A DNA stretch of 64,000 nt from Clostridiales bacterium (GCA_003525075.1 DQFO01000021.1:48255-112254); one strand, 5' to 3'. Counted from the first letter of the stretch, positions 38,410 through 47,835 are shown. Notes: generated by a model not told the origin, from the sequence alone. Numbers and translations are program-made.

Positions 38410-39302
38410 TTTATAAAAATTCTCTTGCGCACAGGGAATTGTTTTAATATTGTATTAATATCTTGTCCATCCAAATTTTTTTTACATTTATTAATATTTT
38501 CTATTATTTCTTTTTTCAAATGTTTTTCTTTTATCAAACTATATGTTTTACTATATAGCAAATGCTCTACCATTCTTATATTTATTGATTTTTTATATTC
38601 TTGTGGTAATTGATTTTTAAATTTTTCATATGTTATATCATAAAAACTCAAATCTTCTAATCTATGGTTAGACGCTGAGTTTTCTCTTTGAAAATAGTTA
38701 TATAAACATTCATCTATATATACTATTTTTTGTGCATAAAATCCTGCAACAGGTATAACTGGCAATTCTTCACAGTTCTTTATTCCTACAGGATATTTTA
38801 TATTGTGTTCTACTAAAATTGATTTTTTTATTAATTTTGCCCAAGATGTTATTGGTAAATATGAAATACATGTTTCTTTGGTTATTTCTATATTATTAAA
38901 AGTATTATATTTTGCTTCTATTTTTCTTCCATCTTTATATGTTATATAATAACCTACAAATACAAAATCTGCACCATCTTCAACTTTTTCCATCATTTTT
39001 TTAGTTGCTTGCTTTTCATACCAATCATCTGAGTCACAAAACATTATATATTCAGACTTTGTATTTTCTATTCCTCTATTTCTTGAATATGATACTCCCA
39101 TATTTTTTTCATTTTCAAGAAGAATAATATTATTATATTTTTTTGTATATTCTTTTACAATTTTAGTTGATTCGTCTGTAGAACAATCATCTACTACTAT
39201 TATTTCATTTACTCTATATTCTTGTTCTAATAGTGAATCTAAACATCTTTTTATATATATTCCTGAGTTGTAATTAGGTATTATAACTCCAATTGTTTTC
39301 AT
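38337..39302 (-). CDS. glycosyltransferase family 2
   Basis: GVIIPNYNSGIYIKRCLDSLLEQEYRVNEIIVVDDCSTDES. DSDD motif. Confidence 0.8.
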   Translation of the reverse strand: MKTIGVIIPNYNSGIYIKRCLDSLLEQEYRVNEIIVVDDCSTDESTKIVKEYTKKYNNIILLENEKNMGVSYSRNRGIENTKSEYIMFCDSDDWYEKQATKKMMEKVEDGADFVFVGYYITYKDGRKIEAKYNTFNNIEITKETCISYLPITSWAKLIKKSILVEHNIKYPVGIKNCEELPVIPVAGFYAQKIVYIDECLYNYFQRENSASNHRLEDLSFYDITYEKFKNQLPQEYKKSINIRMVEHLLYSKTYSLIKEKHLKKEIIENINKCKKNLDGQDINTILKQFPVRKRIFIKCALAKFVFPLKLYVALQQKMIGE

Positions 39303-40304
39303 CTATTTTCTCTTCCTTTTCATAAAAAATCCCTTTACTATTCCCACAACAGTACCTATTCCATAAGCACAATGCAATACAAAGAAAATAAATGGGAGTA
39401 ATAAATAGCTAATACTAAATCCATTTTTTATTGTTATTAGTATAATATTTAATATATTAAATAACAAATATGCACTTGTTAATAAATATACAAATATTGG
39501 AACATTAACAAATGCCATTATTACAGAAAATAAAATTCCTAACACAAATAAAAATGGTACTAAATGATATATTGAAAAACATTTTGGACAATAATGTAAT
39601 GTTATTCCAATCCATTTTCCATTACCATATTTTTGTTTTATCATTCCTTTCAAATCACTTCTTGCATATCTATATGATTTAATATTGGGTGAAAGTAAAA
39701 ACTTATATCCTTTTTGTTTCATTCTATAATGCATTTCATTATCTTCTGTTCTTGCTAAATTTTCATTATATGGTCCAACATCATCAAATACTTTTTTTCT
39801 GTACATTGCAAATGCCAATGTACTTACATATTCTTTACTTTCTTTTCTTCTAAAATCTGCAATTCCACATCCAAATATAGATTCTTCTGCTATTAATAAT
39901 AATTTTTCTTTCCAATCATTATTTTGTGTTACACTTATACATTTTCCCCCAACAATGTTTTCTCCATTTTCAATCTCTTTAACATTGTTCCAAATAAAAT
40001 CTTTGTCAAAAAACGTATGTGCATCAACTCTTAGTACAACTTCTCCTGTAACTTCTTTTAATGCTACATTCCATCCTTTAGGTAAAGTTTTTCCTTTGTT
40101 TGTAAGTATTTTTATTTGATAAAAATCTTTTTCATTTTCTTTTTTAAATTCCTCAAAAACTTTTCTTGTTCCATCTGTTGATATACTATCAACTAATATT
40201 ACTTCTATATCTTTATGTGGATAATCTTGTTTTTTTAATGATTCTAAACTTTTATCCAAAAATTTTTCTGCATTATATGCTATTATTATAAAAGATACTA
40301 ACAT
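39303..40304 (-). CDS. glycosyltransferase family 2 with C-terminal TM helices (polyprenyl-phosphate glycosyltransferase-like)
   Basis: SFIIIAYNAEKFLDKSLESLKKQDY...VILVDSISTDGT, plus three C-terminal TM segments. Confidence 0.75.
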   Translation of the reverse strand: MLVSFIIIAYNAEKFLDKSLESLKKQDYPHKDIEVILVDSISTDGTRKVFEEFKKENEKDFYQIKILTNKGKTLPKGWNVALKEVTGEVVLRVDAHTFFDKDFIWNNVKEIENGENIVGGKCISVTQNNDWKEKLLLIAEESIFGCGIADFRRKESKEYVSTLAFAMYRKKVFDDVGPYNENLARTEDNEMHYRMKQKGYKFLLSPNIKSYRYARSDLKGMIKQKYGNGKWIGITLHYCPKCFSIYHLVPFLFVLGILFSVIMAFVNVPIFVYLLTSAYLLFNILNIILITIKNGFSISYLLLPFIFFVLHCAYGIGTVVGIVKGFFMKRKRK

Positions 40305-40313
40305 CTATTTCTC

Positions 40314-41012
40314 CTATCTTAATACTCCTATTACTGTATCTATACAAATTTTCAAATCATGTAAAACAGAAAACTGTTTTAAATATTCTAAATTATATTT
40401 CATTTTACCTGGTAAAACATCTTCAACATATGCCACATCTGTATCTTTACCAGCCTTTACTGCTTTGTCTAATATTTCATCTTCATCTTTATATTTTATA
40501 CTTGCAATTGATGTAACACCAGCAGGCATAAGTAATGTTGCCATCATTTCATCTGTATATTTGTCAACATATTTTTTTACTTCTGGTCTTGTTCCAACAA
40601 ATGTCATCTCACCTTTTAAAATATTTATTAATTGTGGTATTTCATCAAGTCTAACTTTTCTAATTACTTTTCCCACTCTTGTTATTCTAGCATCATTTCC
40701 AACTGTTACTAATGATCCTATTTTGTCTGCATTTTGTACCATTGTTCTGAACTTAAATATTTTAAATATTTTTCCATTTGTTGTAACTCTTTCTTGTCTA
40801 TAAAATACTGGTCCTTTTGAGTCTATCTTTATTAATATTGCTAATATTAATAAAATTGGTGAAAGTATTATTAATAAGACTAATGAAAAGAATATGTCAA
40901 ATATTCTTTTCATTACTAAACTAATTTTCTTTTTTGATATTATATCATAATATTCTTTCACTTTTTCATTTTTCATTTTTTCTGGTAATTTTTCATAATC
41001 TTTTAATATCAT
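40314..41012 (-). CDS. second bacterial sugar transferase (PF02397; PglC/WecP-like initiating phosphoglycosyltransferase)
   Basis: KIDSKGPVFYRQERVTTNGKIFKIFKFRTM...DEIPQLINILKGEMTFVGTRPE. Confidence 0.85.
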   Translation of the reverse strand: MILKDYEKLPEKMKNEKVKEYYDIISKKKISLVMKRIFDIFFSLVLLIILSPILLILAILIKIDSKGPVFYRQERVTTNGKIFKIFKFRTMVQNADKIGSLVTVGNDARITRVGKVIRKVRLDEIPQLINILKGEMTFVGTRPEVKKYVDKYTDEMMATLLMPAGVTSIASIKYKDEDEILDKAVKAGKDTDVAYVEDVLPGKMKYNLEYLKQFSVLHDLKICIDTVIGVLR

Positions 41013-41027
41013 TTTAAATTTTCCTTT

Positions 41028-42251
41028 TTATTTACCATATTCTTTTAAAATATCAACAAAATTTGTTATTACATATTTTGCTTCTTCATCTGTTAATAAT
41101 GAATATAATGGTAATGTTATTTCACATTTATAATAATCAAATGCATTTGGATAATTTTTTATATCAAATCCCAAATTTTTATATGCTGTAAGCATTGGTA
41201 ATGGCTTATAATGTACATTTGTTGCAATTCCTCTTTCTGCCATTTTTATTATTATTTCATTTCTTGTTTTTTCATCAATTCCTTCTACTCTTGTTATAAA
41301 TAGATGTCCTGATGATTTTGAATTTGTTTTTTCATCTTCATGATTTAATGTTTTTACTTGATGTCCTTTTAATGCATCTTCATATATTTTTATTATTTCA
41401 TGTCTTCTTGCTACTAATTGTGGATATCTTTTTATTTGTGCTAATCCCATTCCTGCCATTATATCTGTCATATTACATTTGTAAGCTGGTTCTACTATAT
41501 CATATTCCCATGCTCCTAATTGATTTTTATGTAATGCGTCTTTTGTTTGACCATGTAATGATAATAATTGGTATCTTTTATAAATTGCTTCATTATCAAA
41601 TTTATCATTTTTCTTCCATGTAACAGCTCCACCTTCTGCTGTTGTTAAATTCTTTACTGCATGGAATGAGAAACATGTAAAGTCTGCATATTCTCCTGCC
41701 ATTTTACCATTTCTCATTGCTCCAATAGCATGTGAACTATCTGCCATTATTGCAATTCTTCCTAATTTTTCTTGTAATTCTGATGATGGTTTAAATATGT
41801 TTGCTTTTTTCTCTACTATTTTTTGTATTCTATCATAATCACACATTACTCCACCAATATCTACTGGTATAATTACTTTTGTTTTTTCTGTTATTGCTTG
41901 TTCTAATTTGTCATAATCCATTTCGAAATTATCTTTTTGAATGTCTACTAATACTGGTGTTGCTCCAACATGGCATATTACACTACATGATGCTGTATAT
42001 GTATATGCTGATGTTATTACTTCATCACCAGGTCCAACTCCTAATACTCTTAATGTCATTTCCATTGCTGCTGTTGATGAATTTAAACATACTGTTTTTT
42101 CTGTTTTGCATAATTCTGTTATTTTTTGCTCAAATAATTTTGTTTTTGGTCCTGTTGTAATCCATCCTGATTTTATTGCGTCTATAACTTCCTCAATTTC
42201 TGCTTCACCTACATCTGGTGGTGAAAATCTAATGTTCATTTTATTTTCCAT
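41028..42251 (-). CDS. DegT/DnrJ/EryC1/StrS-family PLP-dependent sugar aminotransferase (PglE-like)
   Basis: LNSSTAAMEMTLRVLGVGPGDEVITSAYTYTAS plus the Lys-containing SFHAVKNLTTAEGG region. Confidence 0.85.
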   Translation of the reverse strand: MENKMNIRFSPPDVGEAEIEEVIDAIKSGWITTGPKTKLFEQKITELCKTEKTVCLNSSTAAMEMTLRVLGVGPGDEVITSAYTYTASCSVICHVGATPVLVDIQKDNFEMDYDKLEQAITEKTKVIIPVDIGGVMCDYDRIQKIVEKKANIFKPSSELQEKLGRIAIMADSSHAIGAMRNGKMAGEYADFTCFSFHAVKNLTTAEGGAVTWKKNDKFDNEAIYKRYQLLSLHGQTKDALHKNQLGAWEYDIVEPAYKCNMTDIMAGMGLAQIKRYPQLVARRHEIIKIYEDALKGHQVKTLNHEDEKTNSKSSGHLFITRVEGIDEKTRNEIIIKMAERGIATNVHYKPLPMLTAYKNLGFDIKNYPNAFDYYKCEITLPLYSLLTDEEAKYVITNFVDILKEYGK

Positions 42252-42282
42252 ATTTCAACATTCCTTCCTTCATTACAATTTC

Positions 42283-42322
42283 TTATTTATAATGAATAAA
42301 TTCTAATTATTGATTTAACTAG
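42283..42322 (-). terminator. intergenic hairpin (attenuator or terminator) between the dehydratase and aminotransferase genes
   Basis: 11-bp perfect stem aataaattcta/tagaatttatt with a ~16-nt loop. Confidence 0.35.
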
Positions 42323-42343
42323 AATTTATTCAATTATTGGTAT

Positions 42344-44284
42344 TTAAGTATTTGCTGTTGCTTCTACTTTTTGTGTGTTTTCATTTGTTTCCTTTTTTTC
42401 GTTAACAATCTTTTTATTAACTTCATCTGGCTCTTTATATGTTGGAACAACTTGTTTCATTACTTGTTTTACTTCTTCTTCAAGATTCATGTCATTATCT
42501 TTTATTTTACTTAATTTGTTTAGTTTACTTTCTAATTCTTCCATTCCTAAGTTCATTGGTTGTGATACAAAGATTTTATTATGTTTTGTTGCTGTTAATC
42601 CTTCTTCTGCCATTAATAATTCTTCATATAATTTTTCTCCTTCTCTTAGTCCTGTGAATTGAATTGGAATATCTACTCCTGGCTCATATCCAGATAATTT
42701 TATTAGGCTTACTGCTAAATCATAAATTTTTACTGGTTTTCCCATATCTAATACAAATATTTCTCCACCTTCTGCATATGTTATTGCTTGTAATATTAAT
42801 CCAACTGCTTCTGGTATTGTCATGAAAAATCTTGTTATATCTTTATGTGTTACTGTTACAGGTCCGCCTTCTGCTATTTGTTTTTTGAATAATGGTATTA
42901 CTGATCCATTGCTTCCTAATACGTTTCCAAATCTTACTGCAACATAGTCTGTTTTACTTACTTTATTTTTTGCTTGTATTATCATTTCACAAACTCTTTT
43001 TGATGCTCCCATTATATTTGTTGGGTTTACTGCTTTGTCTGTTGATATTAATACAAATCTTTCTACTCCAAATTCATCTGCACAATTTGCTACATTATAT
43101 GTTCCAAATATATTGTTTTTTATTGCTTCTAATGGGCTATTTTCCATTAATGGTACATGTTTATGTGCTGCTGCATGGAATACTAGTTTTGGTGAATATT
43201 TTTCAAAAACTTTTCTTAGTCTTTCTTTATCTCTTACACTTCCAACTATTGCTTCTATTTTTGTTTTTGGATAATGTGCATCTAATTCCATTTGAATGTC
43301 ATATAAATTATTTTCATATATGTCAAATATTATTAATTTTGCTGGATTGTATTTCATTATTTGTCTACAAAGTTCAGATCCTATTGATCCTCCTCCACCT
43401 GTAACTAATACATTTTTTCCTTTTATTAGGTCTGTAATGTTTTTATTATCAAGTTTTATTGTGTCTCTTCCAAGTAAGTCTTCTATTTCTACATCTCTTA
43501 AGTTATTCATTACTCCACCTTTTTTCATCATTTCTTCTGTACTTGGTAATACTCTTGTTCTTACTCCTGTTGTTTGACATATTTCTATTATATTTTTTCT
43601 TGATCTTTGTGTTATATTATCTATTGCTAAATAAATAATGTTTACATTTTTTTCTTTTACTATATCTGGAATATCATATCTTGTTCCTAATACTTTTACT
43701 CCTAGTATGCTTTTATTTAGTTTATTTTTATTGTCATCTATCATTCCAACAATATTATACTTATCTTTCATTGTGTTGTTAACAGCTAATATTATTTCTT
43801 TAGCTCCCATTCCTGCTCCAATTATTAATAAGTTTTCTATTTTGTTTGGTTCTTTTTCTGCATTTTTTGGTCTTTTTACATTTGACATTCTTGATAATAT
43901 TGATCTTCCAGCAATTCTATATAATACGAATATTCCTGATATGAATATTCCTGACAATATGTTTATTCTTGCTCCAAAATAATCGAATTTTAACATATTG
44001 CTTATTACTATCATTAATATTGTTGATAAAAATCCACTAATTAGATATTTAATGTAATCTTCTCCTATTTCATATCTTATCATATCCCTATACATTTGAA
44101 AAACATTTAAAAACACTTCATATACTAATACTGCAATACACATTTCTTTTGTAAATTCTAATAAATCTGTTATTTGTGTATTTAGGAATAATAATGATGT
44201 TACATAGCTTCCAATTACTACTATTACATCTATTAATACTAATGCTAAATGTCTATATTTTTTTGCTAAATTTATAATTTTCAT
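42344..44284 (-). CDS. membrane-anchored CapD/PglF/WbpM-type UDP-N-acetylglucosamine 4,6-dehydratase
   Basis: Four N-terminal TM helices. Rossmann motifs VLVTGGGGSIGSELCRQI and IIGAGMGAKE. SDR catalytic region. Confidence 0.85.
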   Translation of the reverse strand: MKIINLAKKYRHLALVLIDVIVVIGSYVTSLLFLNTQITDLLEFTKEMCIAVLVYEVFLNVFQMYRDMIRYEIGEDYIKYLISGFLSTILMIVISNMLKFDYFGARINILSGIFISGIFVLYRIAGRSILSRMSNVKRPKNAEKEPNKIENLLIIGAGMGAKEIILAVNNTMKDKYNIVGMIDDNKNKLNKSILGVKVLGTRYDIPDIVKEKNVNIIYLAIDNITQRSRKNIIEICQTTGVRTRVLPSTEEMMKKGGVMNNLRDVEIEDLLGRDTIKLDNKNITDLIKGKNVLVTGGGGSIGSELCRQIMKYNPAKLIIFDIYENNLYDIQMELDAHYPKTKIEAIVGSVRDKERLRKVFEKYSPKLVFHAAAHKHVPLMENSPLEAIKNNIFGTYNVANCADEFGVERFVLISTDKAVNPTNIMGASKRVCEMIIQAKNKVSKTDYVAVRFGNVLGSNGSVIPLFKKQIAEGGPVTVTHKDITRFFMTIPEAVGLILQAITYAEGGEIFVLDMGKPVKIYDLAVSLIKLSGYEPGVDIPIQFTGLREGEKLYEELLMAEEGLTATKHNKIFVSQPMNLGMEELESKLNKLSKIKDNDMNLEEEVKQVMKQVVPTYKEPDEVNKKIVNEKKETNENTQKVEATANT

Positions 44285-44440
44285 CTTTTCCCCCTCTTTG
44301 ACATTTTTTTATCTTTTCATACTATATCACTTATCATTTTATTTGACAAGATTTTTCGTACATTTTTTCTTGGTAATTTATGCTTAGCCAATTGTTTTTT
44401 TATTGAATAACTTTATTTATAATATTTTTTTATGCTGGGG

Positions 44441-44470
44441 TTGAATATTTTTATTTGTTACTGTATAATA
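44441..44470 (+). promoter_or_regulatory. sigma-A-type promoter of ssrA
   Basis: -35 TTGAAT (44441-44446), 18-nt spacer, -10 TATAAT (44465-44470) preceded by TG. The ssrA 5' GGGG lies 10 nt downstream. Confidence 0.5.
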
Positions 44471-44480
44471 TATGTTATAT

Positions 44481-44830
44481 GGGGATGTAATGGTTTCGAC
44501 ATTATATCTGAAGCATGAATAGCGAGTAGTGGATTCTCGTTTGCCACTATAAAAACGGGAAATTAAATATAAACGCTGATAATACAGAATTAGCATACGC
44601 TGCTTAGTTGCAACGTCGCCTCTAAAAGTATCCCCACATATTTTTAGTTGGTGTCATTTAGTGGGAAACAAAGCTATTTTTTCTATGGAAATAGTGGGTA
44701 TTTAATAGATATATTTTTTAATCGCTTGTTTGTTTGTGGTTATTAGATGAATATTAAAAATAAACTGCACTCGGAGAAGTTTGTGTGAATCTTATAGTGG
44801 ACAGGGGTTCGACTCCCCTCATCTCCACCA
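44481..44830 (+). ncRNA. ssrA: tmRNA (transfer-messenger RNA)
   Basis: The 5' end GGGGATGTAATGGTTTCGACA and the 3' end GGACAGGGGTTCGACTCCCCTCATCTCCACCA form a tRNA-Ala-like acceptor/T-arm with encoded CCA. The internal tag ORF ends ...GCATACGCTGCTTAG (..AYAA*). Confidence 0.85.
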
Positions 44831-45120
44831 AAAATACTCTATTTCAGGGTATTTTTTTTTTATCTGTCAATATCAAAAATGGCTATTTTTCAATGTTTTT
44901 TATTTGAAGTTATTTAAGTTTAATTAAAAATATTTCTGCTATTGCATTAACTATTGCATTATTTTTATTTGTTGTAAAATCCCTTGCATTTTCTTGAAAA
45001 CCATTATATAATACTATGCATGTGAACTAAGTTTTCACTAATTAGTAAGAGGTTTTCCTCTGACTTTTTAGTTTTACATATATAACCATTTACATCAATA
45101 AAAGTTATAAGGAGGAAATT

Positions 45121-45396
45121 ATGTTAAAAATTTTTGAAACTTTGATTAATCTCTTAGCCGTATTAGCAATAGCTACTTTTGCACTTACACTTTTTTGCCA
45201 ACGATTATCAAAAAAATCAAATTGGCAAACATCTCGGATAATTTCAAATTCATATTTGATTGTTTACGAATTAATTTACATTACAATTCACTATTTTTCT
45301 AACAAATCTTTTATTATAGATCTTGTTACTTTGGCAATTTGGGTTATCAATTTTGCAGTTAGCTATTATTTTTGGCAAGACAGAAAAAATCAATAA
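45121..45396 (+). CDS. small membrane protein (3 TM), unknown function
   Basis: AAGGAGG RBS 6 nt upstream. Hydropathy only. Confidence 0.35.
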   Translation: MLKIFETLINLLAVLAIATFALTLFCQRLSKKSNWQTSRIISNSYLIVYELIYITIHYFSNKSFIIDLVTLAIWVINFAVSYYFWQDRKNQ

Positions 45397-45445
45397 GAAC
45401 AAAGTGATATAGTTGCTATCTGTTCTCACATAATTTAAGCACAAA

Positions 45446-45483
45446 AAGATGAAGTTGATAAATATCAGCTTCATCTTTTCTTT
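45446..45483. terminator. bidirectional terminator between the small membrane-protein gene (+) and the deaminase gene (-)
   Basis: 14-bp stem with one G-U pair (aagatgaagttgat/atcagcttcatctt) and an aaat loop, flanked by A and T runs. Confidence 0.65.
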
Positions 45484-45945
45484 TTAATATATTGTTCCAT
45501 TATTTTTACTATATTCATTAAATGCTTCTATACATTCATCTCTATCCATTTGTTTTAAATTTATTAAATCTTTATTTTTTCCTTCAAGATATTTATAAAT
45601 TATATCATCTCTAAATCCAATATTTCCAGCATCTTCTTTAGTACATCCATAATATACTTCTTTTATATTTGACCAAATTATTGCTGATAAACACATTGGG
45701 CATGGTTCACATGATGTATATAAAATATAATTTGATAAATCATATGTTCTTAATTTTTTACAAGCTTCTCTTATTGTTGTTACTTCAGCATGTGCTGTTG
45801 GGTCTAAATCACATAAAACTCTATTATTTCCTTCTGCGATTACATTTCCTTCTTTATCTACTATTACTGCTCCAAATGGTCCACCTTCATGATTTCTGCA
45901 TCCATTTATTGATCTTTCTTTTGCTATTTTCATAAATTTATTCAT
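45484..45945 (-). CDS. CDA-fold nucleoside deaminase (guanine deaminase GuaD / TadA-like)
   Basis: HAEVTTIREA ... CEPCPMC zinc-binding motifs. Start taken as MNKFMKIAKE (45945, GAAAGGA RBS). The listed ORF extends 23 codons further. Confidence 0.7.
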   Translation of the reverse strand: MNKFMKIAKERSINGCRNHEGGPFGAVIVDKEGNVIAEGNNRVLCDLDPTAHAEVTTIREACKKLRTYDLSNYILYTSCEPCPMCLSAIIWSNIKEVYYGCTKEDAGNIGFRDDIIYKYLEGKNKDLINLKQMDRDECIEAFNEYSKNNGTIY

Positions 45946-46065
45946 AATTTTTCTTTCCTTTCTTTTTGTTGAAGTTTTCATTATTTTTATATCATATTTT
46001 TGCTTATTTGTCACTAAATTTATTTGTTTTCATATTATAAGTATATATATTAGAATGGGGGTTTT

Positions 46066-47002
46066 ATGAATTATTTTAGACAAGATTCTATTATTTCTAC
46101 AAATGTTAATTATAGTTACAATGTTTTTATTAAGGATTTGCACAAATTGACAAGCTTATATCCATTTATTTCTGTTGGCAGTATTGGAAAATCTATTATG
46201 GGAAAGGATATTCCTTTTATAAAAATCGGTAATGGTTCTAATGAAGTTTTTTATTCCGCTTCATATCATGCAAACGAATGGATCACAAGCATTGTTTTAA
46301 TGAAATTTTTAGCTGATTATTGTTATTGCTATTCTAATAATTTAACTATTTTCGGATATCCCGCTCGTTGGCTTTTTAATGTTTCTACTATTTATCTTGT
46401 TCCTATGGTTAATCCTGATGGTGTTGATTTGGTTACAGGTACTCTTCCTACAAGTTCTCCATCATATACTCAAGCTTCAAAAATTGCTTATGGCTTTGCT
46501 ACTATTCCTTTTCCAAATGGCTGGAAAGCAAACATTAGAGGTGTGGATTTAAACTTACAATTTCCAGCTGGTTGGCAACAAGCACGTGCAACAAAATATT
46601 CGCAAGGTTTTACTCGGTCCAGCTCCTCGTGATTTCGTTGGATATGGTCCTCTTACAGAACCAGAATCACTTGCAGTTTATAATTTTACTCTTCAACATA
46701 ATTTTAGGCTTATTCTTGCATATCATTCTCAGGGTGAAGTAATTTATTGGCAATTCCAGAATTATAATCCTCCTTACAGCTTTGAAATTGGAACTCAATT
46801 TGCTAATGTTAGTGGGTATTCTTTAGAATCAACTCCTTATAATTCTAGCTTTGCTGGTTATAAAGATTGGTTTATTCAAAACTATAATAGACCTGGATAT
46901 ACTATTGAAGTTGGTCTTGGTACTAGTCCACTTCCTCTTTCTCAATTTGATAAAATCTATTCAGATAATTTGGGTATTTTAGTTTTAGGTTCAATTATAT
47001 AA
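46066..47002 (+). pseudogene. M14-family zinc carboxypeptidase (gamma-D-glutamyl-L-diamino-acid endopeptidase-like) split by a frameshift near 46590-46630
   Basis: ORF 46066..46632 carries HANEW (the HxxE zinc site). ORF 46586..47002 continues the M14 fold in another frame (GYGPLTEPES..LAYHSQGEVIYW). The two overlap by about 45 nt. Confidence 0.6.
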
Positions 47003-47006
47003 AAAA

Positions 47007-47059
47007 GCGAGTCTAAGATTTTCTATCAAATGAAAATTTTAAGAAAATCTAAGACTCGC
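47007..47059. terminator. long hairpin (17-bp stem, one mismatch) downstream of the M14 gene
   Basis: gcgagtctaagattttc ... gaaaatctaagactcgc. Confidence 0.45.
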
Positions 47060-47117
47060 CATATTTATCTAGTACAGAAAGTTCTCCTACAAGGAGAACT
47101 TTACTACTATATAAAAA

Positions 47118-47137
47118 AGAGTATCAATTGATACTCT
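47118..47137 (-). terminator. 20-nt perfect palindrome hairpin with a U-run, terminator of the AIM24-family gene
   Basis: agagtatcaattgatactct, followed by tttt on the minus strand. Confidence 0.55.
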
Positions 47138-47142
47138 TTTCT

Positions 47143-47835
47143 CTAATTATTATTTGTTGTTCTTGGCATATATGGAATCAATCTTCCTGCAAAATCTTTA
47201 AAGTTTTGAGATTGTAAAATTACTTTACCAGGTCCTACTAATTTTGTTAAGAATAAACCTTCTCCTCCTAAGAAAATGTTTCCTAATCCGCTTATTGTCT
47301 CAATACCATATGATACACTTGGCTCAAATGCAACAACATTTCCTGTATTAACTTTTATAATTTCTCCTGGTGCTAAATCTTTTTGGATTATATCTCCATC
47401 AACTTCCAAAAAGATTTTTCCATTTCCTGTAGCTTTTTGAAGCACAAATCCTTCTCCTCCAAATAATCCAGCTGAGAATTTTTTTGTAAATGCAACACTT
47501 GTTTCTACATTTGATTCGGCACATAAAAATGATCCTTTTTGAATCATCATTCCACCTGGCAATGTTGCTAAGTCTAAGTCAATAATTCCTCCTGGTACTG
47601 TTGACGCAAATGCTACCATTGCTCCATCTTTTTGTGCTGTATAATTTGCCATAAATATTGATTCGCCTGTAAACATTCTTCCTAAACTTTTCATTATTCC
47701 ACCACGAGCATTTGTTGCCATTGATATTCCATCTGATTGGTATGCCATTCCCCCTGATTGTGTATATACTGTTTCTCCTACTCTTAATTTCATTTCAACT
47801 ACTGGTACTGTTTCTCCTATAATTTTATAATCCAT
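47143..47835 (-). CDS. TIGR00266 / AIM24-family protein
   Basis: Gly-rich repeated beta pattern (GGEGFVLQKATGNGKIFLE...GEGLFLTKLVGPGKVILQS) typical of the DUF124/AIM24 family. Confidence 0.7.
   Translation of the reverse strand: MDYKIIGETVPVVEMKLRVGETVYTQSGGMAYQSDGISMATNARGGIMKSLGRMFTGESIFMANYTAQKDGAMVAFASTVPGGIIDLDLATLPGGMMIQKGSFLCAESNVETSVAFTKKFSAGLFGGEGFVLQKATGNGKIFLEVDGDIIQKDLAPGEIIKVNTGNVVAFEPSVSYGIETISGLGNIFLGGEGLFLTKLVGPGKVILQSQNFKDFAGRLIPYMPRTTNNN

Noticed and set aside
44830-44870. Terminator immediately after tmRNA
   Set aside because: Only a weak AT-only 7-bp stem (aaaatac…gtatttt) with a T-run was found. It is too weak to call confidently. tmRNA 3' ends are generated by processing anyway.
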